From contig NC_135263.1 of the NCBI RefSeq assembly GCF_964204865.1, positions 13,206,001-13,270,000 of the forward strand: 64,000 nt of DNA, in the 5' to 3' direction. Shown piece after piece: positions 39,290 to 54,308 of this stretch. Position numbers and translations under genes: made by a program. This DNA comes from Styela clava (Eukaryota). The stretch's first letter is position 1, and the number at the start of each line of letters is the position of its first letter. Under the pieces are notes generated by a model. It worked only from the letters and a program-made list of their open reading frames with translations, was not told the DNA's origin and did not search any database.

Positions 39290-39490
39290 GGTACTCCCAT
39301 AGTGTGTGTACCAGGTTAGAGTTTATTTAAATTTTTCTTATTTTAGTTCTATTACGAGTTCGGGGACTGTCTGTGTTACAAAGTGAATATACCCCCTGCC
39401 CATAGGTTTCAGTCCATCTACACAACTTGATGTAGAGTAGGCAAACAAAATCAGTTACCTCAATATTGGCACACACACTTCTGGAGCGCC
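39290..39490 (+). mobile_element. Merlin-like MITE, copy 1
   Basis: About 24-bp imperfect TIR GGTACTCCC…GTACCA; 8-bp TSD CAAATTTC / CGAATCTC. Confidence 0.75.
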
Positions 39491-39551
39491 CGAATCTCTC
39501 TGTTTAATATGACCCAATTCACAAATTTTCTAATAATGACAAACAACCTAC

Positions 39552-39686
39552 CATTTTCTGTGTTTTCGGGTGTTGAGGCAGAAATGCAATCAGAATGTTG
39601 AACTCTCATTCTTTGAAGATGTAAATTAGTCGGAATAAATTCATATTCTTTTTCGGTCTTCTGCATACTTGCTTTGAATGAAGGAC
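39552..39686 (-). CDS. INPP4: INPP4 exon
   Basis: [29 protein letters not shown], phase 1-1. Confidence 0.92.
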
Positions 39687-40406
39687 CTTCGAAAGTAACA
39701 GGAAGCCGGAATTTAAATTTATGACATCAGTGAAGAATAAATTGATTGTATTTTATTTCTTTCAAATGAGACATAACATGACTTCATGGATGAGGAGGAC
39801 AAATTTGCCACCTTCCAGATTTAGAATTGAAATTTGGGATGGAAGGTTAGGGTTCTCCATATTGAAATAGCTAGGCATATCAAAATTCTGCCTTAAAATT
39901 TCAGTACGGTTTCCAAATAATCTGAATGAAACTATGCTGTAGCGAAAGGTCTCAATGGGGGGTTGCGGACTTGCGATACCCAATATTGTCAGAACGAGCC
40001 ATATTTACTCTTTTGCTTTTTGCCTCCACTTATCTGGGTGAAAAAGGGACTTGGCACTAACTTATGTTAAAATAAAATATCAATAAAATTTGAATTTGGA
40101 ACCACTACTGAGACCCACCATCACCAAAATCGAGCCAAGATTCGATCGTTTGAATGAAAACATGCAAGCATATAAGTCCCATTAAAGTTCCTGGACGTTG
40201 CAAAAAAAGTCATTATAGATAAGGATTACTATTTTGGGAAAAACTGAATATTTCCAGCTCGACATTGCTTACATTGGGACATTGCATTGGGTGCAGTGGT
40301 GGGTTAAGGGTTCCTAGATAGGCCCAAAGCCCAACTACTGCGCCAAAGTTTATCTTATAATTACTCATTACCACAGAGAAATTACCATTGTACCATACCA
40401 ATTACT

Positions 40407-40610
40407 AGTACAGTATGTGTACCAGGTCAAGGTTAGGCCATAATTTAATTTAGATTTTCATTATTTCAGTTCCACTACAAGTTCGGTGACTGTCTGTATT
40501 AGCCAAGTGAATATACCCCCTGTCTATAGGTTTGAGTCCCATTACACAACTGAATGTAAAGTAGGCGAATAAAATTAGTCCTCCATATTGGTACACATAC
40601 TTCCGAAGCC
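40407..40610 (+). mobile_element. Merlin-like MITE, copy 2
   Basis: Same family; TSD CAATTACT / CAATTACC. Confidence 0.75.
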
Positions 40611-40668
40611 CAATTACCAAACATTGAACCAGCAACTCAACAAACTCAAGTATGTTTCCCATTCTTAC

Positions 40669-40832
40669 CTCTCCTCCTGTCCACAATATTCTTGACACCT
40701 TCTTGATATTGTTGAATTAATTTTTCTTTATTTTGTGCTTGTTTTATTTTTGTTTGTTGTAAATAATCGACCAAATATTTAATAGAATTTAAAGTTCCAA
40801 TAAACCTCGTCTCTTGATCTATGAGAAGTTTT
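40669..40832 (-). CDS. INPP4: INPP4 exon
   Basis: KLLIDQETRFIG…QYQEGVKNIVDRRR, phase 2-1. Confidence 0.85.
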
Positions 40833-41870
40833 CTATAAAAAAAAGAGTAAAAAGTTATCTTCTGAATTCATAAGCAAAAAAATCTGCGGTTAATTAAATA
40901 CAGTGAAATCTCGTTTGTTGAACAACCCGATACTCGAACAATTCAGTAGGCAAACAAAAAATTTTTGATGCTCGAACACTTGAGCGCGCCACCTAGTGAA
41001 ATGTCGCCATCCAAACCGTGCATCTCGGCTGCCTCTTGGCCAATCAACAAGAAAGCAATGCTCAGATATATGGACACGGAGGCCAAAACAAAGTAGTATG
41101 AGTATGCAATCTGTCACAGTAGACTACTAGTACGGCAATCATCATGACTGAGGTAAAAGCGGAACCGCAACAAATTGCGCAAATTTTGATGACGTCATCT
41201 CACACAAAAAACGAATCCCATTGAAATTTTCTCAAACATAGAGTAACTGATAAAAATATTTTTATATTTATTAAGCGTAATCGTGAATGCGTGGAGTGTA
41301 AAGGGGGGAACATTTACAATCAAACTTTTCTCCTAACTCTGTGTTGAAGAAATTTTCGAAGAAAATACGATTTCTTAAAGCAAGAGATGAAATGTGTGTA
41401 ACAAAACAGTTTGATATTCAGAATTTGTCTCGCAGACGATTTTTATACCAATTGATCTAAAGTGGTAAATTACTTTTTTAGCAAAAATACGATATATGAT
41501 AAAAATTATGATTTTAATGAGAACATATAAAAATTTAAGACAAATTTACTTTTTCAAAGGCATCATATTACAATATTTGGTTTTATATAAATTAACTGAC
41601 ATTTCCAGATTCCCATTAGTAAACAGGGTTTCCTTTCAAATAAAATCTTGAATCAAGTATTGAATCTCCTCAAAAAATGAGATACATAGACAGGGTTGTT
41701 TAACAAACAACAATGGTGATCAATTTTTCAAATGAGAAAGATTTTATAAGAATTATTACATTCTCTTGATAAAGTTGTCCAACTGGGTAACATCAATCAT
41801 TTCCCCAAATGCATGAGTAGCATCCTAGTTTATAACCATCCATCTTAATTATAGAAACAAAATAACTTAC

Positions 41871-41988
41871 AAATATTCAAGAGGAACATGGAATGACAAT
41901 CTTGTCTCTAACATGATTTCTTGAACGCTTAAAAAACCTTTATTTGTTGTTGGGAATTTGTAAGTTCTTGATATTGCTTCACAGTATA
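41871..41988 (-). CDS. INPP4: INPP4 exon
   Basis: YCEAISRTYKFPTTNKGFLSVQEIMLETRLSFHVPLEY, phase 1-2. Confidence 0.9.
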
Positions 41989-42378
41989 CTGGAATAAAAA
42001 AACAATAAATTCAGAAACGTTTTCAATTAGCGAGTGGCTGAAATATATATATTATATCGCTTGCCTCTTACCAGTACATGTATCACTACAACAAATCTAT
42101 TTTAGACAGTTGAGTTATGCCATCCATTTCATGACACTTGGTGTTACTTTAAACAATTCAAGTTGCTTTTAAGTTCCAAATCATTGATACTCGATAAACT
42201 GCATTATCAGGGTTTTAAACTTTCTTAGTCTATTACTGATACTTATTTTCCTTGTGATAATACCAAATGTCATGTAGTTGGAAAAACCTTGAAATTACTA
42301 AAGTAAGCCAAAATATTTGTACTTACATCCTTAAAAACCAAGATTAGACAATACTGCATAATCGAAGAAACAACTTAC

Positions 42379-42475
42379 AAGATTTAAGGTTAGGAACTTG
42401 TCCTATATCTCCATAACTAGCATCAACTTTCAATCCGTTGGCATCTGAACTTGGGCTTCCATGTGAAAGAAGAAC
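42379..42475 (-). CDS. INPP4: INPP4 exon
   Basis: VLLSHGSPSSDANGLKVDASYGDIGQVPNLKS, phase 0-1. Confidence 0.78.
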
Positions 42476-44351
42476 CTTGATAGAAAAGTAAACAATTCAT
42501 AATGAAACTAACTGAGTGCACTACATTTACTGTCAATAGATGCATTGAATCAAATTTGTGCATTAGTGAATAAATTTTCATGTTAAAGGATAAAATAATG
42601 ATATTATTCTTGCATGTTTAAGATAATTAAGTTATTTCCATAGCCATTAATAATGGGAATCTCGTTTGAAAATATTTTCAATTTCAAGGATTTTTACTTT
42701 ATGTATATTTTTTAGCAAAATCATTGTATAAATTTGATTTCCCTGCAAAAATGTAAAAACGGTAAAATTCACTTATCATCTTAAATAATGAAATAAAAAC
42801 ACATTTCCACAAAAAAAAAATTGTTTGCATGGCTGGTCCAACTGGTTGTTGCTGTCCTTAGTTACCATGTCGCAAGCTAGATTTTTCATCCACATACATT
42901 TTCTGTACTTACCGGTACCACTTTACTAGGATGTATTCTATTGGGGATGTCAGGCCAAATTGAAAATATTCTTAAATATAAGCTCTATATATGTGAATGA
43001 CTAATTGTGTTGAATTTGTAAGTAAATAATATAAACACTTGTGTAGTGAAAGTGTCTTAGTTTAAATGGTGTATCCGCAATCTTGGCCCGGGACCAAATT
43101 ACGGCCCCACGTAACGCTATAATAGGGCCCACCGAACTCAGGTGAAATGTTTTCAACTTTTTGCATTCTAGATACCGCCAATTGGCCCCCTGCCCACAAA
43201 TATCTTCCGCTTTTAATTCTTGGCCCATGGTCAGAAATTTTGAGAACAACTGATTGAAATGCTTTAAAATTTAATAAGGGGAGGAAATTTTCAATCTAGT
43301 ATAGAACTCTGTACTGGAATCTAATTATTGATACAACTGTTACATTGAAAACAAACACTTTGCAATAGTTTTTTAAAGTTTCTAAAAGTATTCTTAGGCA
43401 AGGATTCGTACATGTTGAAACACCTTGTTGAAGCAATGGTACGTTTTGAACTATTGTCATACAGTATGACATATTTGCACACTTGCAGACTAATTTACTG
43501 GGGTGATTTCTAATGAGTATTTCATTATGATATCACAATTAGATTTGATTCATCCAGCAATAAAATACAAATGACTAATAGTATAGAGATTATATTAATT
43601 AGCAAAGATGCAACATTGCAACAATAAGTGGTTAAAAAATCTTGTATCAGACAGTCAGACACACAAATTTTCTTTTGTTACATTTCGTCTACTAAACAAA
43701 CTAAGACTTCTTCAGACAAGCAGTTTACAACTTAGATATAAAAATGAATTTTCTCACATTTCAAAATTCTGATTGAATGAATATGTTATCAGTTAAACAT
43801 GGTCTAAATCAGAATATATTGAATTTGCTATATTCAAAATTATTTTTCATTTTAACTTTTAACCATCTTTGATCATGAATATTATGAATTTGTTTAGTAA
43901 GGTAATAGGCTCACAGCAAGATTAGTAAACAAGTATTTCAAAGCAAAATGAATAATTTACATTTTATCTTTTATCACACAAGTTTCCTAATCATAGTGAT
44001 TTACGGTATTACCATAAGTTTTGCTATAATTTACAAACGAATTTTCAGTATTTTTGATCAAGAAATATAATTCTTATCCTGACTTTATTATTATAATTTT
44101 TACTTCCACTACAGCATATACACAATAAGGTTGCCTATGGATCCACTTTTGCAAAGGACAGCAGAAGCAAAGTAATTGGTCTACAAACTAAATAGGCTTT
44201 TAAATTAGTAATTCATTTTTTGCTTTTCAATTTTTCATCAAAATTCAGAGACAAACACGATTCTGTACACTACAAAATACAATGGTATTGTTTCCACATA
44301 CTTTACAGTAAACGAAAAAAATCATACACAAAAAAAAAGATAAAATTCTAC

Positions 44352-44459
44352 CTCAAACGCTTGACGCAAAAGTGTGATCAGAGCAGGTAAATTAGTGCTT
44401 GTTCTTTTGCTCAATTTATCCAATAGATGGTTTAAATCGCCAGATTTGTCTGCCTCCAT
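44352..44459 (-). CDS. Candidate alternative first coding exon of INPP4
   Basis: ATG-MEADKSGDLNHLLDKLSKRTSTNLPALITLLRQAFE|GTAGA, phase 0, compatible with exon 42379-42475. Confidence 0.45.
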
Positions 44460-44665
44460 AACTAACTTGTTTTATAATAAATATCGAATTCCAATTCTCA
44501 ACTGAAATATGCTCTAAACTAAGGAAAATTGCCCATAAGACTGCAAAAATATTTAAAGTTTCTTTCTACCCAATATTGCACTAAAACTGTAATATATTGT
44601 CAGATTTTCTATTTTTCTCTCAAAAAATCCAGCCATCTTTAGCCCATACTTTCCATAGAATAAAC

Positions 44666-44888
44666 GGTAGCCTACTCCCGTAGTATGTGTACCAGGTTAG
44701 GGTTAGTTAAGCCATGATTTTATTCTAATTTTCCCTATTTTAATTCTATTACGAGTTCGGGGACTGTTTGTGTTAGTCAAGTGAATACACCCCCTGCCCA
44801 TAGGCTTTCGTCCCTTTACACAACTTGATGTAAAGAAGGAAAACGAAATTAGTTACCTTCATATTGGTACATACACTTCTGGAGCACC
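44666..44888 (+). mobile_element. Merlin-like MITE, copy 3
   Basis: Same family; TSD GAATAAAC / TAATAAAC. Confidence 0.75.
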
Positions 44889-46067
44889 TAATAAACTTCT
44901 AACAATCATTTCCACTGGAACAATGCTACTAGATAGAATATGAAATCTCTATTCTGATTGTTGCTACCACCAAATGAATCTTCAAACAAAATCAATTTTA
45001 AATAAAATTATTTTATACGACAATTGATATTGATATATCGGATATTTGATCCAGTGGGATATATTAAATGCAAACATAATCCAGGATAAGTGTACTATAA
45101 TCGTAGGTATTATGAAGAGAAATTTGTTTGATGTGTGAGAAATAATAACATCAAAATGATTAATCAAAAATACTGGGTTGGACTATGCTGATGATATTAG
45201 ACTCTGAATCTCTTTCTATATATGCAGAATGGTATAACAATTTCTATAAGTTGATTTTGTCTGAACCGATCCAGAGTAAATAGTTTCATTGGTTTTCAAT
45301 CTTTTTCGTTTAATTCCACTCTTAGCCTATTTAGGAACTTTTTATTCCTCTCTCACTAGGCACAAAAAGTACTTTATTTCTTCAATCTTCTATGAACCCT
45401 AAGCTAGAGCTATGTGAATAAATCCCGCTTTCGTACAGTTCAAGTAGTTTATGATATGTGTATGAATGAGTGTCATAGTAATGACAAATAACTAAAGACT
45501 GTTTATACGAAGCAAACTTCCTCTGTACATAGCTATTATGTCCGAGTTATGAAACATGGAAATAGACAGATTTGAAACTCTGAACTTTCAAAGATTGTTA
45601 CAATGACATTGGCTGAAATTATAAACTGAGCGAAATTTAAAAATAAATTGTGGATAAATATCTTTATAAAAGTAGAGAATTGCTATATCCCGTAGTAGAG
45701 AAATGAAGGAATTTTCTTGCTTGCAAAATGTACTCCCAAGAGTTGAATTTAGCCCCAGTTAAAAACTACTCATTCATTGAATAAAAATAGTTGCTTGCAG
45801 AGCAGCTTCTTCTTTTGTGGGAATAGAATATTCAATCTGTTTCAAAGTTTAATTTCTATGTTATATTAGGCCTATTCTATATTTGAAATCCTTGATTTCA
45901 GGAATAATCTGGATTATGGTAATTTCATTCAAAGAAATATCACTTTGATCAACTAAGTTTAACAGTATAACCAATATGGTCTTCATTCAATTTTTGAGAA
46001 CTATCAAAAAAGAGAAACTCAATCAAATCTATTTTTTTCAAAATAATCCAAAGAAAACTAAACTTAC

Positions 46068-46139
46068 TTGTCCATTCCAATAACTGGTTGCATGATTCGT
46101 TTTTCTTGATCTATAACCAAATCTTAGTTTTCGTCTCAT
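46068..46139 (-). CDS. Candidate alternative first coding exon of INPP4
   Basis: ATG-MRRKLRFGYRSRKTNHATSYWNGQ|GTAAGT, phase 0, with an in-frame stop upstream. Confidence 0.35.
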
Positions 46140-46365
46140 ATTGAGATGTAGTATATAGTATTTCCACAGTGATTAGTAAAAAATAGTAAACTGTACTTAA
46201 ATATAATATACAATATAACGCAACACAGAATCACTGCAACATTAATAGTAAAGAGATTATCATTATCAGCTTTTTCTGATGTATTGACTAGGCTAGTAAA
46301 GACAGCAGTACAATAGTGGAGAAGGACATCCAAACATATTGTAAATTTACTTTGTTCTAATCATA

Positions 46366-46558
46366 CAGGGTGTCTATAATTACGTTTGGCTTTACCGTTT
46401 GTGAAAGAACTTTGAAATGCTTTGTACAACAAATGGTTGTCATATAAAGGTGTATTGAATGAGGTAAAAAAAAACCATAAAACTAACGTGGTTTAGATAT
46501 ATCAAGAACAAGATTTCATAACAAAACTGAAATTGTAACAGGACTCATGAACACCCTA
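46366..46558. mobile_element. Tc1/mariner-like MITE remnant
   Basis: TA|CAGGGTGT… / …ACACCCTA|TA termini. Confidence 0.5.
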
Positions 46559-49500
46559 TACAACTAAAGCGTTTTTCTGCACAAATTACAAAATTTATGT
46601 TTCTATTTACTGTCGGTAGACAACAACTCAAATCAAACCACGGACTCATTGACCACTTTCTACTCAACAGCAAGTATTATTAACAACACTAATTCAACTC
46701 TCAATAGAAGATAGAAATTCAAGCCACACCACCACCAAAATTTTAGCTACTTATACTTGTCCGATATAATATTAATATTGTATCAAATATATTCAATTTT
46801 ACTTTGCATTTGGGTACAGCTTATTCCTTTCTGGGATATATCACTGCACACATACAGATTAGGGAGCACTTTCAATTCTGATATATTTTCTTCCAATTTT
46901 CAGCACTTGCTTTTTACTCTGCCATTATAACTACAACATTTCAGTGAGTTAAGTTCAGTTTCTATTCTTCAAAATAGTCTCCACAAAACTTCTCAACACA
47001 AATGCTAAGACTTCTGTTTGCCTTATTGAGGCTATTGAGACAAATATATATTTTAACTGAAAGCAGAACATCTCCGGTATAATTACGCTAAGAGTGAGTA
47101 CAAAAGGGGATATTAGGTCTCCTGTGACTGGCAAAGAACAATAGATGAAGTTCCATAACACAACAAACCATATACTAACACAAAGTGTAGGAAAATACCC
47201 ATACATAGACTAATCTCAATCCATTAGTATCCTAATATAAAAGCTAAAGAAGCTTAAAATAAACAAATCCTATTATCTCTAATGTAAATTCAAAAATCAT
47301 GACGGGAAGTAATAATGAATCGATGATGTCATAGTGGCCAAATTTCCAAGGAAAACTTGTTTATATTTAACTTTCATGATGTCATACATTGATGAGTAAA
47401 ATGAATTGTCAGACGTTATGAACAATATGGGTAATGCAATTTTTCACATTGCATGATTTCATCTTTGATAAAGAATGAAGATTAAAATTTAAGTGAAAGG
47501 TAAACGAATTGACTTGAGCCCTCAGTTTAAACTTAGCAACTGGCACATCTTTTTATGCAACATCTATGTCAAAGCATGGGTCGAACAGAAAAACTAGATT
47601 TAATGATATCTTCTGAAAAATACTTATTATATTATCAAAATTTCATTAAATACCCAATAACAGAAGAAATGCAGAATAAGTTATCACTTGTTAATTAGCA
47701 TGCTACATATTTTTAATAATACTCTAACAACTTCAAATTTATACGAGTATGCAATATCTAGCTGCTCAGTAGTAGGCAGCTTTGCAAAAATATCTAAAAC
47801 GAAGCCCAAAACTCCAAGTACATAACTACAGTTACCTTATTCGAAACATTAAGGGATTATATACCTGTGATTCAACTTGTTTAAATCTTTTCAATATATT
47901 AACTTTATTTATTGTACCTGGTACCGGTATATTGTTTATTGTTAATTATTTCACAATCACATTTTTTAAAGTATATTGTTCAAGCGAGATCATAAGGCTT
48001 CAATACAAAATTGATAACACTGCCAATCCAGCATAATGCCATTGTTTCCTGTAATTATTAATTCTATTTATAGCAGTTCGCATGAACACAATTATTTTGA
48101 ACTCGAAAATCATGATCTGATATGAAACCATACAATACTTGCCTTGATCATAAGCCAATGCAATCTTAATCGATCCAGAAAGGAAATTGTTACAATCGAG
48201 TCATCACCCAATTCTCAATCAAGTAATTCAGATATACGGTAACTAAAGTTGGCCAAAAAATTTTTTTCATTGTGACGCTTATTCACACTTTCCATTCTGA
48301 ACTAGGATCTGTACAAGCAGTAACTGATATTTAACAATATGCAAAGAGTTATTTAGTATTGGGAAGAATCGAAATTTTTTTTTGTTAGACATTACTGTCA
48401 TGTTTTTAATTTATGATTGAAAATAACAGTTTGCACTGAATAATTACATTGTTAAGTTATAATTCATGGTTCATAATTCATTATAAGTCTTTACGCTAAA
48501 ACAGAAGCTTCACACTAATTATTCAAAAATAATAGTGTTAAACAATGAATATATACATAATTTATTTTGGCGTTACAAAATCATGAGTATAAGATTAAAT
48601 ATTTCCACAAAAAGATAATCTGTTCCAAATAAGGACAAGCGCACTCACTAATAAATAAAAGAGATTCATCTGAGCAAATTTACAGAGTCCACTAAAACGT
48701 CAAGAGTTACTGAAATTATACAAATTTACAGTGTTGTATTATATCCCAAAAAATACTTATTGATGTAAGACCTGTAACCTTTAGATGAAGATCAATGTTT
48801 CCACATAAATCAAATTTGCGGAAAAAACTTGGTACAGAAATTTCTGGGTTGTAATTAGTTTGGCTGTCATATCGAAATGCAAAAAAAATAAAAATTTTAT
48901 TATAACTGAACAATTGAATCAAAGATGCTACAAAATAACAAGATGCTAATCTGTGATTATTGTTATTTCTTATTGGTGAAATATACTGAGTACTGGATCT
49001 TATTTTCATGAGATATATAATGATCTCACAATTTAAAAATATGAAACTGTGCTGCTATACAAGTATTCCAAAATTCCATTATAGTTAGCCTACTATCACC
49101 TTGCTTTCTCAAAATATATCAGTTTCTCTAAACACTTTCGCTTACTAATGTGACTAATCCTCATAAAAACAACTATAAACCTTGTTCGATTTCACCATAA
49201 AGCTGACTGAGCAACAATTGAAAATCTACTAACAATGGTCAACATTAACAATAACCTGCAATAGGTAGGCGGTAGTTCTTCATTTGGTACATGAGTGATC
49301 AGTGATCTCTGGCTAAAATTCTTTCATCTTATAAAATACTTGATTTGCAAATTGGCAATTAAAAAAATATTGTGCATGACACAAGACTATGATGCATGAA
49401 ACGTTAGGTCATCTAATTTAAATGTATTTATTCACTTGACACAATTAAAAGACAACCGCATTGCATAATTAGAAATTTCAAAGAGAATATTCATATATCT

Positions 49501-50380
49501 TTCATTATATTTGATTGTCTAGCTAGAAACATTTTTGAGCCATAATAAGAGAAACAGGCTTGGATGTAAACATACTATCATCTAACTGCTCATATTAATA
49601 GCCGTAAAACTAATGATAACTTTTTTACAATACTGTTTAAATCTAATTCAAGCTTTTTGAGGGTACAATATTCTTTGTATCAACTGGTTGAAGATAGCAA
49701 ATTGAATTATATTTCATTACAGATATTCGAAATAAGCTTAGAAAAACTATTCAAAAAAATTTGCCATTTATGTATTATCATTTGTGGCTTAATAAATTTT
49801 TGATAAAATTATGTTATACCTCGAATATATGGCCTGCTATAGGACTTAATGGAAATATAAAAATTAGTACAAGTACATAACTACCGCAACTTATTCCAAA
49901 CATTAGGTGACTATATATATATTGTCAATCAACTGAGAGCTGAGATAATTTTAACAGTTATATTGCTCAATCATGGTCACGAGCCGCCAAATGGAAACAT
50001 TGCAGTAATTGGATACCCAAATGCAAAACTACTTGATGTTTATGGATATAGATAATCCATCATATTTTCTGTTAAAATTGTTTCCATGCCAGTGATCCAT
50101 AAAAAGAATCCACCAATGTCTTACACGAACTTGTAATCAAATGCAGAATTTCAAACTGAGAATTGCTCTAAACCCATTATTGTCTGCTGAATAATTCAAA
50201 CTCGAAATAGTTTTGCGTTCACGAAGTTTTAACAAAATTGGATGACACATTTACCTTTTAGTATTAGATATGAATTTTTCAGAGGCTTTATCATGAGTGG
50301 TAACAGCTATCCATTGAACTTAAACATGAACTAGAAACTGTCTATCTTTGTTTAATTATATTAAAATCCATAGTTTTCCT

Positions 50381-50719
50381 CTTCCATCCCTGGAGATGCA
50401 AATTAAATGCAAGAGAACATGTAAAATATTTTTCTTCAGTATTTCAAAAAAGCAAATTAAAAATGCGTAGAAGAATAACTACAAAAAAAAGAAAAAAAAA
50501 TATAAAAACTTAATTGAACAAAAGCAGACATGCATGATGACTGGTGATGATATTAAAATACATTTCTAAACCTTCATTTCCTGTCCCTTCAAAGTGCATA
50601 ATTAAATGCAAGAAAACAGGTACAATATTTCTTTACTATTTAGCAAAGCTAACGAAATGATATCCACAGGAATGGCAAAAAAAAAAAACTAAATTGAACA
50701 AAAGCAGACAAGCGTGACT
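50381..50719. repeat. Diverged direct duplication (about 150-bp units at about 50381 and 50578)
   Basis: Both units share AATTAAATGCAAGA…AATATTT…AATTGAACAAAAGCAGACA. Confidence 0.75.
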
Positions 50720-52945
50720 TCGATGAAACTGTCTGTTGTGGCAAGAATCCAAGTAATTGATTGATCAGGACGGAAACTATAGAACATTGGAAGTATTTGT
50801 TTATTATTGTATGTTGCTAATGTAAAAACTTATTATTAAGAGACAACACATAATATAGACATAACTTAGAATAGAAAATTCCCAGACAAGCCGCTACCGG
50901 GATTTTGGCAGTTAATAGACTATCCAAGTTCCAAAATTACTTGCTTAGATACAAAATTGCTGATAAGTAATTACCAGTACCTGCTGGAATTGCCGTAAAG
51001 TGCTAATGCAATTTTTCCTATGTTAAGTAAAAATCAGGTGGCGATCCTAAAATTATCAAATTTTTCATAGAATGACATAAATTCATAAATACTAAATATC
51101 TTGTGATTTGTGACTTATAAAATTTTTCAATTGCTCATCTCAATTATTCAATTAGGAATCAAGAGTTTCTCAAAGTAAGCTTGAAATAAGTATAAATTTT
51201 TATCTATATAAAACTATGACATCTTTCCCATTTTTTCACTTCAATTTTCTTCTTGTTAAAACTACACAAACTATGAATCAATTTTAATCTTGCAGTATGG
51301 ACTTTGTGAGTCTATGAAGAGAATAATCTCAGAATATTTTCAAATAGTTGAACATACATAACTACCGGTATTCATTTATAGAACCACACTAAACACTGAT
51401 TGTATACGAGTCTTCAGGTTTCTATGGTAATGAGATACATCTACATATCTTTACATAGTAAATTTAATAGTATGGTGCATAACTTTAGTACAGGCTGAAC
51501 ACACCTAGATTGTAAAACACCTTGAACAAAGATCAGCACCAAAGAGTCAACAAAAGTCACCGCAAATACAAACATAGTTAAACTGCTTTCACCTTCGGGT
51601 ACCAAGAAAAAGATACAAAATTGGTAAGACTAGTTATAGGTGATTTATATCTATTGGTCTATTCAAGAGTAGGACAACCTAGGGAACCATAAAGCACTTT
51701 TCTGTGGAGCTTTTAATTCAGACGAGTCATGTTCAGGGAGGTCCAAATTAAAAACAAGAAGAGCTAATAAAAATTTAGTTAAACTATTTCTTCTTTGTGA
51801 AAGAATACAGACAACAAGTTTAGTATTAACCGATGCAAGTTCAACTTATAATGTCACAATCATAACTTGCAACATGGAATAGCTGAAAGTGCAAAATTAC
51901 AAATTATTGATGCAAAACATACAACCTCATCAAGCAATCTCGTACATTTCAAAAACAAACAAAATTCACGTCCTAGACATGCTTTGTATTACACATCTCA
52001 CATCCTTAATTTTACATCTGTAACCTCATGTCTGGTTCATAATATACTGTAGTAGGAGGAATTTCACGATAATGTTAGAGAATTTCAAATTATGTAACTG
52101 AAATATTGACGCATATAGTAGAGCTTCCCGTATAGTTTCTTCACTACTACATTTACCAAATGGTCAAGCATATAAAGAACATAATTACTTACATTATATA
52201 ATAAGTCACTAGCGAACAATTCATCATTACCATTTTAAAAGTGTATCTTAAATAAAACCAAGCTTCGAGATAACGACAACTATTTATGATGCTAAAAACA
52301 AATGCCATAACTGCTACTAATGTCCACAAGACCTGAATACCCATGTCTAACATACAGGTATTCCCATATTATTTGCTTTTTGATGATTTGCCTGTCAGAA
52401 AATTAAGAAACTCAAAATTGTGCAATTAACTTGCTCTGGAATACAGTAAAAAGATGACGTGCTTTGCCTGATAACATACAGTGTCACATGTCCTAATGAA
52501 CTTGATTAAATAAAAACTTGAATAATCTTAGAAAATAAACTCAGTCTTTCATTCAAATAAGATATTGTGCCACTCCACCCACATCTTTCTATATACCATG
52601 GTTGAAGGCTACTGGTTTAGACTATTAGTTGAAAATTTGGTTTCTGTTATTCACTGCAACCCAAGATAGTATTTCAATTTCTCCATAGTCTTAGCCGTGC
52701 AGCAGACCATTTAGAACCTAGCTGGAAGAACAAAATTTGGATTTTACAATACCAGACAAGAAATATCTTAATTCTTGTGTAAACATTTGATCAGCTTTGT
52801 TAGATGAATTCATCTTGGTATTAGATAGTATAGATTACCAATAGTTACAATACCATCTGCAAATATTAAGATTTAAATTATTGATGCCATGTTTTATGCT
52901 GCTAATGGACTAGTGGGCAGAAGTTTCTAATACAATAGGCTACAA

Positions 52946-53391
52946 CAGTGGTTCCCAAACTTTAAAAAAAATTTCCATGACAGACCCCTTTCAATTTTTT
53001 TAATGATTCCGCGGCCATGTGCACTAAAATGAAACAATAAAAGATCTCAACAAAAAATTAGTGCGCCGTATGGTATAGTGAAAAACACCTCTTCCCTACA
53101 TGCTCTTACCAACACTTCTGCGGTCAGTTGGCTTGTAATGGCATCAATTGAACTCTCTCTGTGATATCACAGGCTCGCAGCTCTGTGACATCACAATGGG
53201 GCATCGTGTTCGAAACAGAAAGAGCAGAATCAGTGTCCCCAGAAGTGATTGCAAAAGAGACAAATGCGTATTTGCAAATTTAAGCATTCAGTATTGTATT
53301 ATCAAACTTTATGACATATAATGGATTTCTTTCGCGGACCCTTCGAAGGTGCTTCACTGACCCCAAAAGGACCCTGGTTTGGAAACCACTG
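52946..53391. mobile_element. hAT-type MITE
   Basis: TIR CAGTGGTTCCCAAAC / GTTTGGAAACCACTG and a perfect TSD, GGCTACAA. Confidence 0.9.
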
Positions 53392-54132
53392 GGCTACAAG
53401 ATCAACACTTACTCTACATTGAATTTCATTCTTCGAAAGCCCTCTTCAAGAAAAACAGGAATGAGAGATGTTTTTCCAGAAAATGAAAGTAACTGCCTTT
53501 GAAACAATAGCCGCTATCATATTTGTACTGCTTACAGCGACTCAAAAGCATGCTCAAACAAATTTGAGAGTTACTCAAATCTAGATACCCTCTACAAAAA
53601 TTGGATTTTATTCACATATATGATATAAGTAATACCAAGTTTATATGTACCGCCACCGGTATATCTTTCTATTTGAGGATTGGTGAAAATCAGCAAAATA
53701 AGTTAAAATTTTTTATTGAGTATACTCAATAGCAACAGATTATAGGTGCTGGTTTAAACTGTGATTAACCACAATCAGAAAATGTAATTTCAACAAACAT
53801 CAAATGTCATAAACAAATAAAATTACATTTGCTGCATGACCACAATATCAGCACATAGGCACCATTTGATTAAAACTGCATTTGTTAAAATGCATAGTAA
53901 CTAACATTGATCATATAGAGCAGGATAACAGTATAGTTTCATATTTTAGCATACCAACCAAATAAAACCTTTACTTATACAGCGTCTTTTCAGAAGGCCA
54001 GTTCCTTACAACTATTTATTTATTGAAGCATCACCGACTAGTCATCGAATACACTCAATTTTCTCACTGCTCTTATTTCAATGTAGTCATAAATTAACAA
54101 TTATGTTATTCCTCACACTGAAATTTACTTAC

Positions 54133-54235
54133 TGTTGAAAGTTGAGTTTCACTCGATGATCTTGTGAGTTGAGCGGAAACATACTCTCTATGAACAGTGA
54201 GGTTCAGTACACCGATGCAAGTGTTATCTTGATAC
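54133..54235 (-). CDS. INPP4: INPP4 exon (end of C2 domain)
   Basis: YQDNTCIGVLNLTVHREYVSAQLTRSSSETQLST, phase 2-0. Confidence 0.82.
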
Positions 54236-54308
54236 CTGAAATAGTGTAAAAAGAATTAGATAAATTAAAATAATTATTTTTGAACTGTGCCATGGTAGAA
54301 AAAATTAT

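Noticed and set aside
44982-47206. Several small hydrophobic minus-strand ORFs (44982, 46136, 46955; also 61468)
   Set aside because: Expected from the T-rich intronic sense strand; no shared motif or phase-compatible splice sites.
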